A DNA stretch of 58,696 bases, counting the filler, from Platydemus manokwari (Eukaryota), in the NCBI GenBank assembly GCA_037951405.1. It is 4 parts of 4 records of this genome, joined end to end, with 100 filler letters (N's around TTAATTAATTAA, not from the genome) between each part and the next. Parts side by side here need not be neighbours in the genome. Positions count along the whole stretch, not along the records: positions 1 to 11,970 come from JBBMOY010371112.1; positions 12,071 to 26,663 come from JBBMOY011435867.1; 2 more parts are not named here. One strand, written 5' to 3'. Position 1 is the first letter of the stretch. The number at the start of each line of letters is the position of its first letter. The translations under genes were made by a program, and so were the position numbers. The notes beneath the pieces were generated by a model that ran no database searches, was not told the DNA's origin, and saw nothing but the letters and a program-made list of their open reading frames with translations. Shown here in pieces: positions 1 through 13,954 of the stretch.

Positions 1-148
1 ATAATTCCTGATATAAATTCAGATTAAAATCTTCTATTACAAGCCATAGTAAATTACATCTGAATATTTATGTATTGTTAGATATTATATGCATATATCG
101 TTCTTGTCTTAAATAATAGTCAATCAAATACACTTTCTCATTCACTAG

Positions 149-290
149 TGCGACCAGAAACTCATGGCAACGAAATCGATCAGAATTCTTGACAGAAAAT
201 GTTTTCAATGAGCTTATTAGTGAACCCAAAAATTACTCAAATCATTCAGATCCAGCCCATGAATCTGTGAGAATCATGTTTAAGAATTAA
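149..290 (+). CDS. Possible terminal coding exon of an unidentified gene starting upstream of the window
   Basis: Pyrimidine tract plus CTAG acceptor ending at 148, open frame ATRNSWQRNRSEFLTENVFNELISEPKNYSNHSDPAHESVRIMFKN*, TAA at 288-290, AATAAA at 296-301. No recognisable homology. Confidence 0.3.
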
Positions 291-3200
291 AATTCAATAA
301 AATTGTCATTGCCATTATTCTGGCATACCAATTATAATTGCAAACCAAATTCCAGTTTCACAAAGTATTATAATTTCACATGAGGAATAAAAACAAAATT
401 TTCATGGCACAGTTATTAAATCAATAGAAGTTCATAATAATTATTGAAATATGTGTTAATATTTTGACGAAACATCTGCTGAAATTTGATTTTATATTTT
501 TTTGCTTATAGATTGGGTATTGTTTTGGAAATTTGTTTTCGGTGTAATTTTATAATAAAATAATATAATGAATATAATATTTGAAACTATATATATATAT
601 GTAATTATTAAAAAAACTGAGATTATGTTTATTATTAAAGTTATTAATAAAAATAATAATTATTAATAATTGATCGGGTTATGAGGATTGGCTGAATGAA
701 TCGGCAATGATTCTATCAAACAATCCACTGATAGACCGATTTTATTATTCTTTCTACCCACCATTATCAAATAGGACATAGAATCCATCACGTAGAAAGA
801 ATTTTATTATTTTTTCACTTATCAGAGGAATCGAACCAACGTCTGAGTGACTCATTATCAAATCAAATTTTTACTGGGCCACATACAGCGACGTCAATCC
901 CTCACAATTATACCGTTTAATCAAAACATGCTTCCTTTAATTCTTAATTATTATCGATTAGAAATCGACATATGATCGATATTATATTTAGATATTAGAA
1001 TAGTAATGATATATTAATTGAAATAATTTCCTGAAAATATTAGTGCATTTAAAAGGATAAACAACTAATACTTACCCATACTCACGACTTGTAATGGCAT
1101 TTTTGGAGTTTGTAGCTAAATTAACAGCGTTCATTATTCAAACTGAAAATCAAGCCTCTGTCATTTATAAAACACATCGAATTGAATTTTTGGATTAATA
1201 TATATGTTGCAGATAATGATATGCGATACAAGGCAATTAAATGATTTATTTTTTCTCGTATCAAAACACCTTCAATTAGCAATTTCAGAGAGAAAACTTC
1301 CCAATACTTGATAGAATTATTTGAAGTGTATGAAAATCGTTCAATATTGTTCCAATAAGGAGCTGCATTTTATCCCAATATGATCATTGTATACATAAAT
1401 GACGTCACGTGATTCAATAAAATCAACTGACTTGTGGTGCATAAAACGCTTGACATTGGAAAACACAACGACATGAATATTTTTCTCTGTATTTGTGTCT
1501 ATCAGCACTGCGTCTGTTTAAAACAAGGCAGAAGAGTTTCAAACATGCCAGCATTCGAGTAAGTTACCGCAAAAAAGGTTATACGCTCTCTAATAGTAAA
1601 GCAAATTGGGATTTTATTAATTGCTGAATTTATTATTATCATTATTATTATTATTATTATTATTATCGAAAAAATAATAATATCGAATCGTATTAAAATG
1701 ATCATGACAATTTTGTTTTCAATTGTTGAAATTTTTCTTGTCGAGAATATTATCAATTCCAAATGATGACATTTTGTTGAGATTCGTTGGTGATGTATGG
1801 AGATAGTCGTAAAAGTCGTCCAGTCGGTTTATAAATATACATTGATAACAGCAGTCTATGAATGACGGACGGATGACGTTAAGAAATTAATCAACGATAT
1901 TAGAAAATAGATTTGGGGAATTCTTTTCGTTTGCTGTTTCGAGTTGGTGTGTCCAATTTTATTCTCATCCGATTATTTATTTTTATATAAGCTAATAATG
2001 TGATAATTTTAAAATGTACTTATATTGTTTATTGAGGCAGAAAATTGTTATTGAATCCATTTCGTCATTAAAATGCACTTTGAATTCATGATGTGAATGG
2101 CTGGTATTAGATATCAATGAAATTTCGTTATTATGCAATTAGAAAAAAATAATAATTTGTGTCTTACGTTACTTGAATAGAAATAATCTAGGTCAAATAA
2201 AAATTGCTATAGCAACAGTTTCTAATCATGCCATTAGAAAGTTCTTAAAAATATCGTTTATTAATTGTTTATATCATTTAAATTATCAGTGATAATTGGT
2301 GGTTCGAAAATTAATTTTCTTATCGATTCTGTAATCGAAAATGTAATATTGAGTCAAATCAATTCGAGAAGCGCGTTCGAATATTTAAAAATTTTATTGG
2401 AAGTTATGAAACTCAAATCACCAAATCTTAAAATATAAATTCAGATGTTCACGTCCAAGTGAGAAGTAATATTGAATTCGAATAATCCATGCCGTACAGA
2501 AACGGCGAATGTGGATGAGAGTTTCTATCAAATATTAATCATTAAATTGGACAATGATGGACTGCATATGCAGATTTATCTGTGGTATTTGTTGATGATT
2601 ATTTTGGTGGATATTTATCTCCAACAATTGACGATAATATCTATGAATTAATTGGTGGGGTATATGAAAATAGATTAATGATAATCTTGAAAATGTATTC
2701 ATCATCACAAACTTACACTTCTTAGAAAATAGGTTGGATGTATGTGAATACATATAAGTTGTCTATGTATTAATAAATATTAAATATAAACTAATAGATG
2801 AAAAGGGCTAGTGTATTATATTAAAATTTATAAGAAAGCGTCACTTGTTTTTCCTTAAATATTTATTGTCTCAAAGCTATTCACATGGAGCTAATGGTAC
2901 CGATTGTATTGTGGGAAGAATTAATTAAATATTCATTACGTTGAATTTATTCCCTTCCCGTTAATGAGAATTTATCAGAATAAACATAGCGAATAAATCG
3001 ACTGTGCATCGTTTGGGAACGAAATGATTCAATTTACCGTATAAATTCCAAAATCCCAAATGTTGATTACGAATATCCCAATTGAAATAGCAAATGTGAT
3101 TAGTGCGTGTTTGATAACTTGCTGATAAATTTTTCACTAATTTCATTCAAATCTTGTATCAATTTTCAAGTGCGATTTTTCAATCCTAAATTTTTGTACT

Positions 3201-6200
3201 TCTGACTGAACTTTTGTGCTTAAATATATTCTTGTTGAAATTTTAGTGCTGATTTTCGGTGTCTGTATATTGCAGTCCCATATGCTCATTGAAATTGTAT
3301 TTGCCAGGAATTTACACCTAATTTTCATTGAAAATTGACTTCGTGTTAATCGACAACTGTAACTTGATTAGGTATGAATTTCTTGTATAATTTCTGAATT
3401 TTTCCATTGTTATGGGGAGCTGAATTATGGATTCGTACGATTAATCAAATGATCAAATGCTATATCTATATTTTTGGCCAATTTGGGAATTCGCTAGCAT
3501 TTGCTTCTTAATTTTATAATTATATGATTTTTTTTGGCTTTGATTAGCTCCAAACTTCATAAGGTTTTATATTGATAAATAAACTCTTATATGTCTGACT
3601 CCAAAAGGCAGTGCGTAGAAATGATGATTTTATTTATATATAAATAAATGAAACAATAAACATGAAAATATATAAATACTCTAGAATAAAATTCATGTTT
3701 ACAATAGTTAATCAATACGATAACCATTGACAAATAACCAGAGATACTAATTAATATTCGATAAATTAGCTGCTATTGTTTTATGATAGTGTTACAAGTC
3801 CCTTGTGCGGAGAGCTGCAAGGTCCTAAAATTTACTGACGATAGTTGGAATCTAATAGTCCGGCAACTCAACCTAGAACAAAGATAACTTTGATGAATTT
3901 TAAAATTTATTTTAATCGTGGTTGGGCTGGGCGTACGAAATTGATGATAACAATGATGACTATTTTAAAAGACTTTACAAATTATGAAGAAAATTTTACT
4001 TTAATCTCTCTTATTTCGTTTCTTTCTGCAAATATAATTTCCCGATCAATAATTAAACGTATATGGATAGTTGAAATAATATCTTCTGTGCATGGGGTTT
4101 CTTAATTGGTAGATATACGTGGATAGAATTTTGAGTTGAGTTGGCAAATTAGTTTCACGTGGAATTTAATCAATAAGTTATGTGCTTGTTAAAACTAAAT
4201 AATTTCTGAGCTTATTGCAGAATAAGTATAGGCGTTTTTTATGCATCATTCTTGTTTATATATAATATTATCTTTTATATTTTTTTACCTATTGGGTTTT
4301 ATGTTTATTTTTATATTTTTATTTATTATTTTTAGTATCCCATATTTTATTATTTTATTCATGTTTCTATTTTAGAATTTATAAATTATATTTATATTTA
4401 TTTTCCTGGTTACTATTTTTGGAAGGGCCTGGATCTTTTGAAAAAATACACGATTAATTGTTATTCTTAAGACTTAGAAATTGTTTCAATAATATTTTCA
4501 ATTTATTGAGCTTTAGCAATTCACATCAATCATAATTGTTTATTTTATAAACAAATAATTTGTTTTCGTAAATTGAAAGGCATCAAATAAATTGTATATG
4601 GCACAAATGTTTCTTTGTCAATGGTGATATAGATTATTGATGATAGAGAATATCAAAGCAAGGACTTGTATAAGATTAAATGTGAAATCTCCGGACATTG
4701 TTGTAATAAATGAAATTAGGAAAGAGATTTCAAATGTTAAACCGATTTAATTCGATGATTTATTTTCAACAATGTTTTCATGTTTAACTGTTAAGTTTTT
4801 ATATTCAGAGAGACTTGACTGAGGATCTACAGTAATTTACCATAAATGTGCGCTGAATTATTGACATTCCAGTCGGGAAGACTGATGAAGATCAGTGATT
4901 TTGAGCTTGATATCATGTAATTCAATATTGTATTTCCTAGAACAGAAATTAGTTGACCTTGAAGTTGATACGGGTTGGCAAAATCAAAGGAAAGAAGACC
5001 TGAATTTTACAAAATAAATTTTTTGAAATATATTCCTCTTTTTATTTGATAAATAAGTATAAATATCGATCCATACCAATTACGTAACAAAATTTTTAAT
5101 AATCCAAATATTTTTATTTATTGGTGTATTGAATCAGTGTAATTTTTTAAAAATAATTTATCAGTGTTTCATTCATTTGATATCGATCTAGAAATACAGA
5201 TAAACAAATATCACGACACAATAGAAATAAGAATGAAACTACTTTATAGGAAATGAAACTGTGGATACATAGGTACCCATGGAAATAAAAATGGGTACAG
5301 GCATAAGCATAACTATAAGCATAACTATTAAATGATACGTTGGTTTATTATGTTTGACTGGTCCTAAGAGGCTTCAATAACGTGTATGAAGACCACGCTA
5401 TTGGAATAATTACTGAATTTAACTAAAGGTCTCATTAATGACAGGCAATTAATACCTTAACTAAGTTTAATTTAATTGTAGTAGGAAAGCTGAGTTTTTG
5501 GCTGGTTTACACTGTGGTTGAAATCTAAATTCAATGGTGTTGTTGGTCGAATATAATTAGTGCTATCAGTACTATATAGTTTAATTATGAGTTCTATCTC
5601 CTTGGTGTTCAATACCCTATGTATCAATAAGTCAACAAGGGAATCCCTATAATATAATATATTTGAAAACAAAACGAAACAGTAGCCGGAACGATTAACA
5701 AAAAAAATTGTATTAAATGGTCAGCACGTTGCCTAAGCAAGTAACCCACAAAATCCGAAGCGGACGGAGCAGTCGTCAAAAAAAGGAGAAAGATTTTGGC
5801 AGATTTATACGTAAAATGTTGTATTAATATATGATTTATCCAATATAATAATATAATGTGTTTGAAAGTTACTCTTATCGAAAATTAGATAATTAATTAC
5901 GTTAAACACTTAATTAACTGATAATAATGAAAAGTGAACTAAGAATTAAATAAATTTTACTCCACTCAATGTAATGTGAAAGCCTATGTTAACGAAAATC
6001 CTCCTCACGAAAATTTCCTACTCAAAGTATTCTGGTTCAATCTAAAATCATTCGATTAGCGCTTCCGAATTAGTCTTGGCTCGTTTCGTTCTGTTCAATT
6101 AATCGATTGTTATGCGGTACTTTTGGCACTGAGTGCTTCTATCGTTTCTAGTGTATTCTTTTGTGACTTAGTGTAACTTTTGTGTTGTTGTTTTTTAATG

Positions 6201-9200
6201 AGTGGTTGATTCCAATTTCATCTCAGTATTCACATCTTGATGTAACATCCTCCTCATTTCTAATTTTTAAATAAATTCTTCGGCTTCTGTTAATAGTTCA
6301 CGCTCATGTTGGTTTTCTGATTATCGTCGTTTGGTTTTAACTTGTTACTTATATTCTTATTGTTAATGCTTATCTCAGCATATATTTTTATCATGATTCT
6401 AATATATTATTTATTCTTATTATTAATTTTTTATTATGATTTTAATATATTATTATATCTCATCAATATTTTACTAAGCTATTTTTATTATATCACTATT
6501 CTTTTTTCCTTTAATCTGTCATAATTCTTCTACCTCCACTACTTTACATAAAATATAAAAAATATATAAAAAATAAAACGATATAAAATTAGCAAAAATA
6601 AAGTCAATGAATATCAAATTGTTTATAACCGAAAGCAATGAAATTGTCGAGAATTGTCACACTACAATAAAGGTAAATTATTACATAATTGTCACATCTT
6701 GGATAAAGTTGTCACAGAGGATAAATTATTGTTCCAGAACCTTACTTGTGTCGAGGTCGAAGTTTTGGATGCAACATCTTCTGACACCCATAGTCAAAAG
6801 TTGCTTGGTTATCGTAATGTTTTATGCTGGGGTTTGTTTGTTTGGGTTTATGCCATATGTGTATCATATATATTTTTATGAGGGGCAATATTGCTGTGGG
6901 GCAAATGTATGTACAACAGCCATCTGTGAGTGTCTGGTATAATTATGTTTGATATCGGTAAGTGTATTATATAAGTATGTATAGTTTGGAGTTGTATTTG
7001 TTTGGATGGGATTCCCAACGTAAAAATATAATACTACAACAAAAAATTACATGATAAAAATAATAAAAATTACATATAAAAAAATTTTAAAGTAAAAAAT
7101 TTATAATGTTATTTATAATGTCAGTAGTGACTAATTTTGACAATTATTTACATTACTATGGAAACCAGCAGCAAAATTATGGAGATTTAAGTTAATAATA
7201 AAAAAAACCATGGCAACACTGAAAATCTGCGAGGAGGCATGACTATGAGAATTTGGGCTTAGTCACTAACTCGCGAGAATAACTATGTAAAATGACGGTA
7301 GTCAGTCTTCGTTGCACAAAAGTTTTCCCTACAAACGGTGAACGCATATTCACTTCAATTCATTCTACCATTGTATCAGTATCATTCGGTGTTCCATAAC
7401 CACCATTGGAATTTATACAGCATTAATTGATTCTTCACAACCGTCGTTGGAAATTATACATTCGCAAACTTTCGTAGTTCAGAACATTATTCCAGTTGGG
7501 GATTTTCAATCTTACTATGGTAACCTTTTTGATTGTTCATATTTTAATTATCTTTCACCAATCTCCGATAGGATTTTAGTTGGTAGCATTTAAATAATAA
7601 ACTTCACAAAGTCGTTATCGTATTTAATTTGTCGGTATCGAAAATAAGCATCTTCTTTAGTTTATATTTGGAGTAAGGCGGACCTAGATCATCTACCGAT
7701 TTGAATTTCTTTTACAGAACTCAGAAATAAAATAATAAAATACAAATAATTTTTAACAATCGACAGATCAAATCATATCAATGGATTGTTAGATCACGTC
7801 ATGTTTGATTCTGAAAGGGGTTGATTAAATGATAGAGGGTGAAGACGAAATGCAAATCTGTCCATACAATTATTAATTTCGTGTCGTGAATCTCAAAATA
7901 ATTGTTTCCATACTGTATTATATTTTTTATTAAATATTTTCTCATTTTCTTTTTCCATAATTATTTATTTACCCTGTGAATTTTGATTTTTCGATCGAAT
8001 TATCATCATTCTTCATTTAATCCATATTTTTTCCAATGAAATCACACAAAAACTCAGAACATAAAATGCTATTAAAGCAATACCCATCAGGATAAAGAAA
8101 TAGTATAAATAATAAAATTCTTTGCAAACAAAATATTATTAGTTACAAATCATTACAAGTGAAAAGATATTGAATAATTAGCTCTAATATGATTTCACAA
8201 ATGTGCCTCACGAACTATATCATGACTATTCATCAATTTTATGAGTTTATCAACACAGTAAATACCAATGAGCTATTTGTTCGAATCAAACTGTTAACAT
8301 GAGATATAATTATAAAAACAAAATATCGAAGACGAAGAAATTTCAAAAAAATATTTGTTACGAAATTTACGAAAAGAAAGCTTTAACAATAAAACCTACA
8401 ATAAAACCAAATATAATGTCTCCTGAATAAAAATGATTTTAACCTTATCCAACTCAATGAAGGAAACACTGTAAAGACGATGTAAAGATTTAGTTAAAAA
8501 TATAAAAACTTCTCTTTTAAAAATTAAAGTCCGAAATACTGGTTTTGTGTAGTCCAACTTTTATAAGTCGCAGTCGGTTTTCACAGGTTTGAAAATGTTC
8601 ACTGTGCGCTTTTCTTTAATCTAACCTTCTAGTTCCGTTTATCATCAATCTAAAAAAAAACTAAAAAACAAAATATAGTTTTGTAACAATAATAAAACTC
8701 ATCTCCGTGGCGATACTTTCTTTCTGATCTAAAATGAAAATGCGAGGTCACGCGCACCTTTCAGGAGTTTGGTCGAAATCTCGTTTCATATTAACCATTA
8801 AATGGAATAATAATCATTGAGCATTACTTGTATTAGAAAGAGACCAAGTTATTGATCCAATGTCGAGCCATTATAGTTTCATTCACTGAATCTTTCTTAA
8901 AACCGTTATGTTCGGGCCTTATTGATTTAATTGTTTTATTAATCTTAATTCTATTTGATATCATTATTGTCTCAATTAGTCTCGATGAGTTGTTGATTAA
9001 GGCCGGAGGTGTAATGAACTTTATGATTATTATTATTTTCACTTCGGATAACTTTATTTTATGAAGAGAATAATTCTAATAATAGTGATATAGCTCAACT
9101 ACCAGTCTAAGTTTATCTTAGTCCCTAAAATTTTTGAATTTATGATCTCTATTTTATCAATAACTAAGGCTTGTTACTGCAAATGCTTATAGCTAAATAT

Positions 9201-11970
9201 CAATGATACAAACTGGCAAGTAAATAAAATAAAAAAATTAAAATAAAAACTACCAATTGATTTTAGTGCTGCACTACACAGTAAACCTTATAAAGGACTT
9301 AACACCCTCTTGAACTAAGCAAGGGTTAATTGACCCCACAATAGTGGAGCAAAATCAGTTACCTCAGGAATTTGAGACAAAGGTCGATAATAATAGATGA
9401 ACAAAAAAACTATAGTATTAATAATTATTTTATAAATTGTATCTACTGTAGGGTCTTTTGGTAAAATACTGGGGATATATGAAATTCTGATCATAGTCAC
9501 AAAATTATTCCTTTATTTTCTGCTGAATGTAGATATCTCAATTTAGATGTTATCGGGCTTCTTAGAATTTAGCAACTGTGTCTTAAATCTGTCAGGTAAT
9601 TGTGTTAGTATCCATCACTGCTGCCTTATATAAGCAGAAATGAGCCAGTCGTAGAAATTCTGTACGATTATAATTTAATGGCATGAATTCTTTTCTTCAT
9701 GCTAGAATTTATTTATCGTTGAGAGAAATTCTCTATGTTTACATTTAATTGACTGAATATTTTATTCATTGCTTGTACCATATTTGTTTCCGATAATAAG
9801 TAGAAATTTATTTGTCAGTGGTACTGCACGATAATATATCGCGGGTTATTATTTTATGAATTAATTATATTATTTGATGAATTTAATGGATTTTCCTTAA
9901 TGGGCTTAACTGGCATTTTTGTTTTGAATATTTATAGATAATAATTAATATAAATATTTTTATATATTATAATTTATCACAAACTGATTTTTCTAAAGCT
10001 TTCTAGGAATTGTCAAGTTATAAAAATAAACACTGATTAAATTTAAGATAAAAACTTATACAATAAAAAGTAATACACATGTAACACGTATCGTCATGAA
10101 GAAAAATATAATTACCATAAAAATTCGTATACCATGCAGTGCAAAGTTTATTTGAATTTAGTCATTTTGTCAAAGCCGCTACATAACTTTCATTTCTAAA
10201 CTGATTTTATAATAATAACGTTGAGCTAAACAATCAATTTGTGCTTTGATGTTTGTGAAACTTGAAGTTATAACAACTTTTTTTTCATTTCCCTATATAT
10301 GTATGTGTGTGTATGATAGGAAAGCATAGATACTGAGGAAAGCGAAGATAAGAAAATATCTATCACCAACAGATCATATGGTGCATGGAAAAAAAACGCT
10401 GTCGAAACAGAAAGGGGAAAACAGTATACCACAACAGAATAGCTTGATTTGATAAATAAGAAATCAGAAAACCAAGTAAAAGTCCATAAGGTATGGCAAC
10501 AAGGCCAAACCTAAAAAGTGCAAGGAAGAGACTAGAAACACTAGTGGAAAAAAGAACTGGTGTGTGAATTTAGATGCTTAAGATCAACACAGTTCTCATC
10601 TATAAAATTATTAAGACTGATAGTGTTCTTGCGATAATGATAAGGTAACATGACCAATTTAAAGCCAATATATATAATTCCTGTTATACACATTTAATAA
10701 CTAAACTTACGCTATTGAGTTAGTTTCGCATAACTGAAGTAGCTAAGGAAATTTTGAATATAAGAAGTTTTAATTTAGACTTCAAATTTTTCAGCTTTAA
10801 TTTAATTAAGTTTCTGAACATTAGAAAGCAATCAAAAATTGAAGAGTGTTTCTCAAATAATTGTAAATTTTTGTAAACGGCAAGAAATAATCAAGCAAAT
10901 ATACAGCTGAATTTTGTATTTTCTAGAGCATAATTTTTGAAGGAATTATAAAACTAAGTATGATTTTTGGAGTTGAAACAAGTGTAGAAATAGACATTTT
11001 TCTCAACAAAATAGAACTAAAAACACACAAGAACAATGGACAGAAGGTATGAATCCCTAAAGCCCAATTATCCATTAAGGTATTAAAATTAAAAAAACAT
11101 TGTTAATTCTCAGATCTTATTGTATAATCGTTAACGTTTATTTCCACTTTTCCATGTTTTGTACTTAAAACAAGTTTGTGTTAAATATGTGTTGTGATTA
11201 TGGATTTCCAAGTTTGGATAATGAATTAAAATGTTTCAAACCATTTTATTGTTGTCATAGAGTTATCACATATTTCTAAAAACTCATTGAATTAAAATCA
11301 CCACAATGAAGTTATAGTTTTTAGTCGAGTTACAGCTCTAAAGATCGACTGAGAGCCAATAATATTAAAGATTATTCTTTAACATAATTTTCATAATATC
11401 AGCAATATTATTTCCTTCAATGAATGAAAGTTGACAGTGTTTCTTAATCATTTTCGATCTATATATTGATTTGCATTTTATATCTTGATTACATATGGCT
11501 GTGCTCAAGCTACTACGTTGTTCTAATAAATCATATAAATATATATTTTTTATAATTTTGACTGTTAAAATGTTAATAAAATGTATCACATTATTTTTAT
11601 TTCTTCATAGATAAAGACAACACGATCATTTAAAAGTTTATGAACAGAGAAACACTTATCAATAATAAAAATTAACGGCACGTCAACTAATTTTGTTATA
11701 TCCATGCTATTGTCGATTAGACCTTCTCGTTCCTCGATAATTTTAGTGTTGTAAATGAGATAATAAAAGTTCAAAAACTACATCTTTATATCGCTACCTT
11801 ATAGTAAGTAATTCTTCACTGCTCCCAAACTTATCTCAAGAACCTAGTGCTTGTGAGATATAGTATACTATTGATGCGTTTTGGGGTTGCTTTTTTATTT
11901 AATTAATAATGTTTGTTATCAGTCTCAATCTTTTACACTCTATCCGTGAATCAATGCTGTCTTTATCAGT

Positions 11971-12070
11971 NNNNNNNNNNNNNNNNNNNNNNNNNNNNNN
12001 NNNNNNNNNNNNNNTTAATTAATTAANNNNNNNNNNNNNNNNNNNNNNNNNNNNNNNNNNNNNNNNNNNN
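11971..12070. other. Artificial contig linker N44-TTAATTAATTAA-N44
   Basis: Exactly 100 nt with a palindromic core that gives stops in all six frames; identical to the two other linkers. Confidence 0.97.
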
Positions 12071-13934
12071 TAAAGTACGTTGATGCGGTTGTCGAACTGG
12101 TCTGGGCGTTGTAAACCTCCCATTCATTTTCTTTATCTTGTACTTGCTGAATATATGCGTTCTTAATGGCTTTAACGTTGGTTATCCGTTGTGGGGCTTC
12201 CACCCTATCCAGTTTGATCGTGAATGGTGGTTCAGTTAAAACGTCCCACATTTTGACATTGACTGACTTAGGCACTAATTCAAGATTAATGGCGGCGTCG
12301 GCTTTAATCACGACATCGAACCACTGCTGTTGTTGAGCGGCAGTACCCTCAACTTGACATGTTCCTTTAATGGATATGTCTCCTGTCACACCTCTACCGG
12401 TCATTCTAACAAGACAGTCGCCTTCAGTCGTCTGGATGTATTGAATATATGCCCCGGCCCCAACAACGGTGATATTGCTCCAAATAGATGGAATGCGTAC
12501 TAATTCACCATCGCGGTTCTGGTAAGCTTTTAGCAAAATCCCGGTAGCACCACCGGCGGAACCCGACACGATCGTTGTATTTGGGACGATCTCCACAGGT
12601 GCCATTTCGATTGTGGTTTCTGCGTTGAGACGCCACATGGTCTGGTAAAGTGATCTATCTGTAATAAATGGAAGGTCTAGAACGAACCCAGATAAAGCTA
12701 CACGCTGTTTCATCCAACTGGTTGTAATTTCCTTAACCAACTGGTTGATCGAGTTCAGAGGCGTTCCAGGGGCTACTACCACCTGTTGTATTACACCGCT
12801 ACCATCTAACTTACTAACAAAGATACTACCCGCACGTACCGTTGCACCTTCTATGGTGTACCACGGAGTGATGCCATTCCCGTTGACTGGACCGAACTGA
12901 GTAACTGCTTTCTGAGTTTGGTTAGGGAATAAAGGTAACTGCATTTCAGCAGTGGACATCATGTCGGTACCAGGATACCAAGTCAACGTCGGCATGACTT
13001 GAGCAGTAACACCTTTCCAGGTTGCCTTTATATAAAAGTACCCAGTTGCCGTTCCTGCTGGTTCATTCACATCTATACCGTTTGGTTTACCCTTTATTTT
13101 AAAGGTGATGTGATCTTCGAACCTTTCATCAATGGCAATAACGTCAGCTATCACGTTAATGTTTCCAGCTGCCTGCAAAGTAAGAGTGAGTCCTGGGTCA
13201 TTTAACTTTATAGGCACACCGTCATTGTAGACAGTAAACCATCCATTAATCAATTCACCTTGGTGTCCTCTGATGTGCTCAGCACTATCATGAATAGGTC
13301 CTATGCGCAACCCTGAGATACCAAACCTCAGGTTCATATCAACCTGTACCCAATCTTCCCCTTCCACTAATCCGGTGGCAGTCTTCCTTAGGACATAAAA
13401 AGTGAAAAGACCGACCATTGTATCAGCACCCTGCCATTTAACGTCCAGAGTTTTTCCATCCGCCTTAGTGGTAGCACTGATAAAAGTAATTGGGTACGCT
13501 GAAGGGTCCGTACCAGGTTTATGTTTCTGAATTACAACGTCGTCAGCTGTTAAGGTTATCCCTCTGAAGCTTGTCTGCATCTCTATCGTTATAATACTGT
13601 TAGCCGGACCAACGATAACAGAACCCAAAGGTTTAAGGACTTGATATTTCATGAACGCATCAGTAGTGGGACTGATCGTCATGTCTGTTGTAGCAGTTAA
13701 TCGATGGACTTCCCCGTCATAGGGAACGTCCAGGGTAAATGTTGTCGGAGCTACGATCTCATCTCGCGATGCGTTTACAACAGTGAATGTGTAATCATCG
13801 TTCGGTTGAAAGTAGGGGAAGTCTCCTTCCCCTACTGATTCAATAGAAACAAGCTGGACATCTTTCGTGATATCCAGCCCGGAGATAGGATCTGTAACTG
13901 CGAACGGGACAGCACTAGACTGTTTCAGTTCCAC
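12071..13934 (-). CDS. Phage virion structural/fibre-like repeat protein, 3'-truncated at the contig edge
   Basis: GTG start at 13934 preceded by AAAGGA, 20 nt after the stop of the giant ORF. About 620 codons open to the gap. Shares motifs with the giant protein (IKLNDPGLT, VNVKMWDVLTEPPF, LDITKDV). Confidence 0.8.
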
Positions 13935-13954
13935 AATTATATTTCCTTTGTTAA

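Noticed and set aside
1502-11774. Short ORFs of 60-111 aa in the first contig
   Set aside because: Low-complexity I/L/F/N-rich translations expected from AT-rich DNA; no motifs or consistent exon chains.
12015-12026. TTAATTAATTAA as a biological att site or terminal repeat flanking the phage segment
   Set aside because: It is centred in N runs of fixed length and occurs a third time at 44834 away from the phage; it is an assembly linker.
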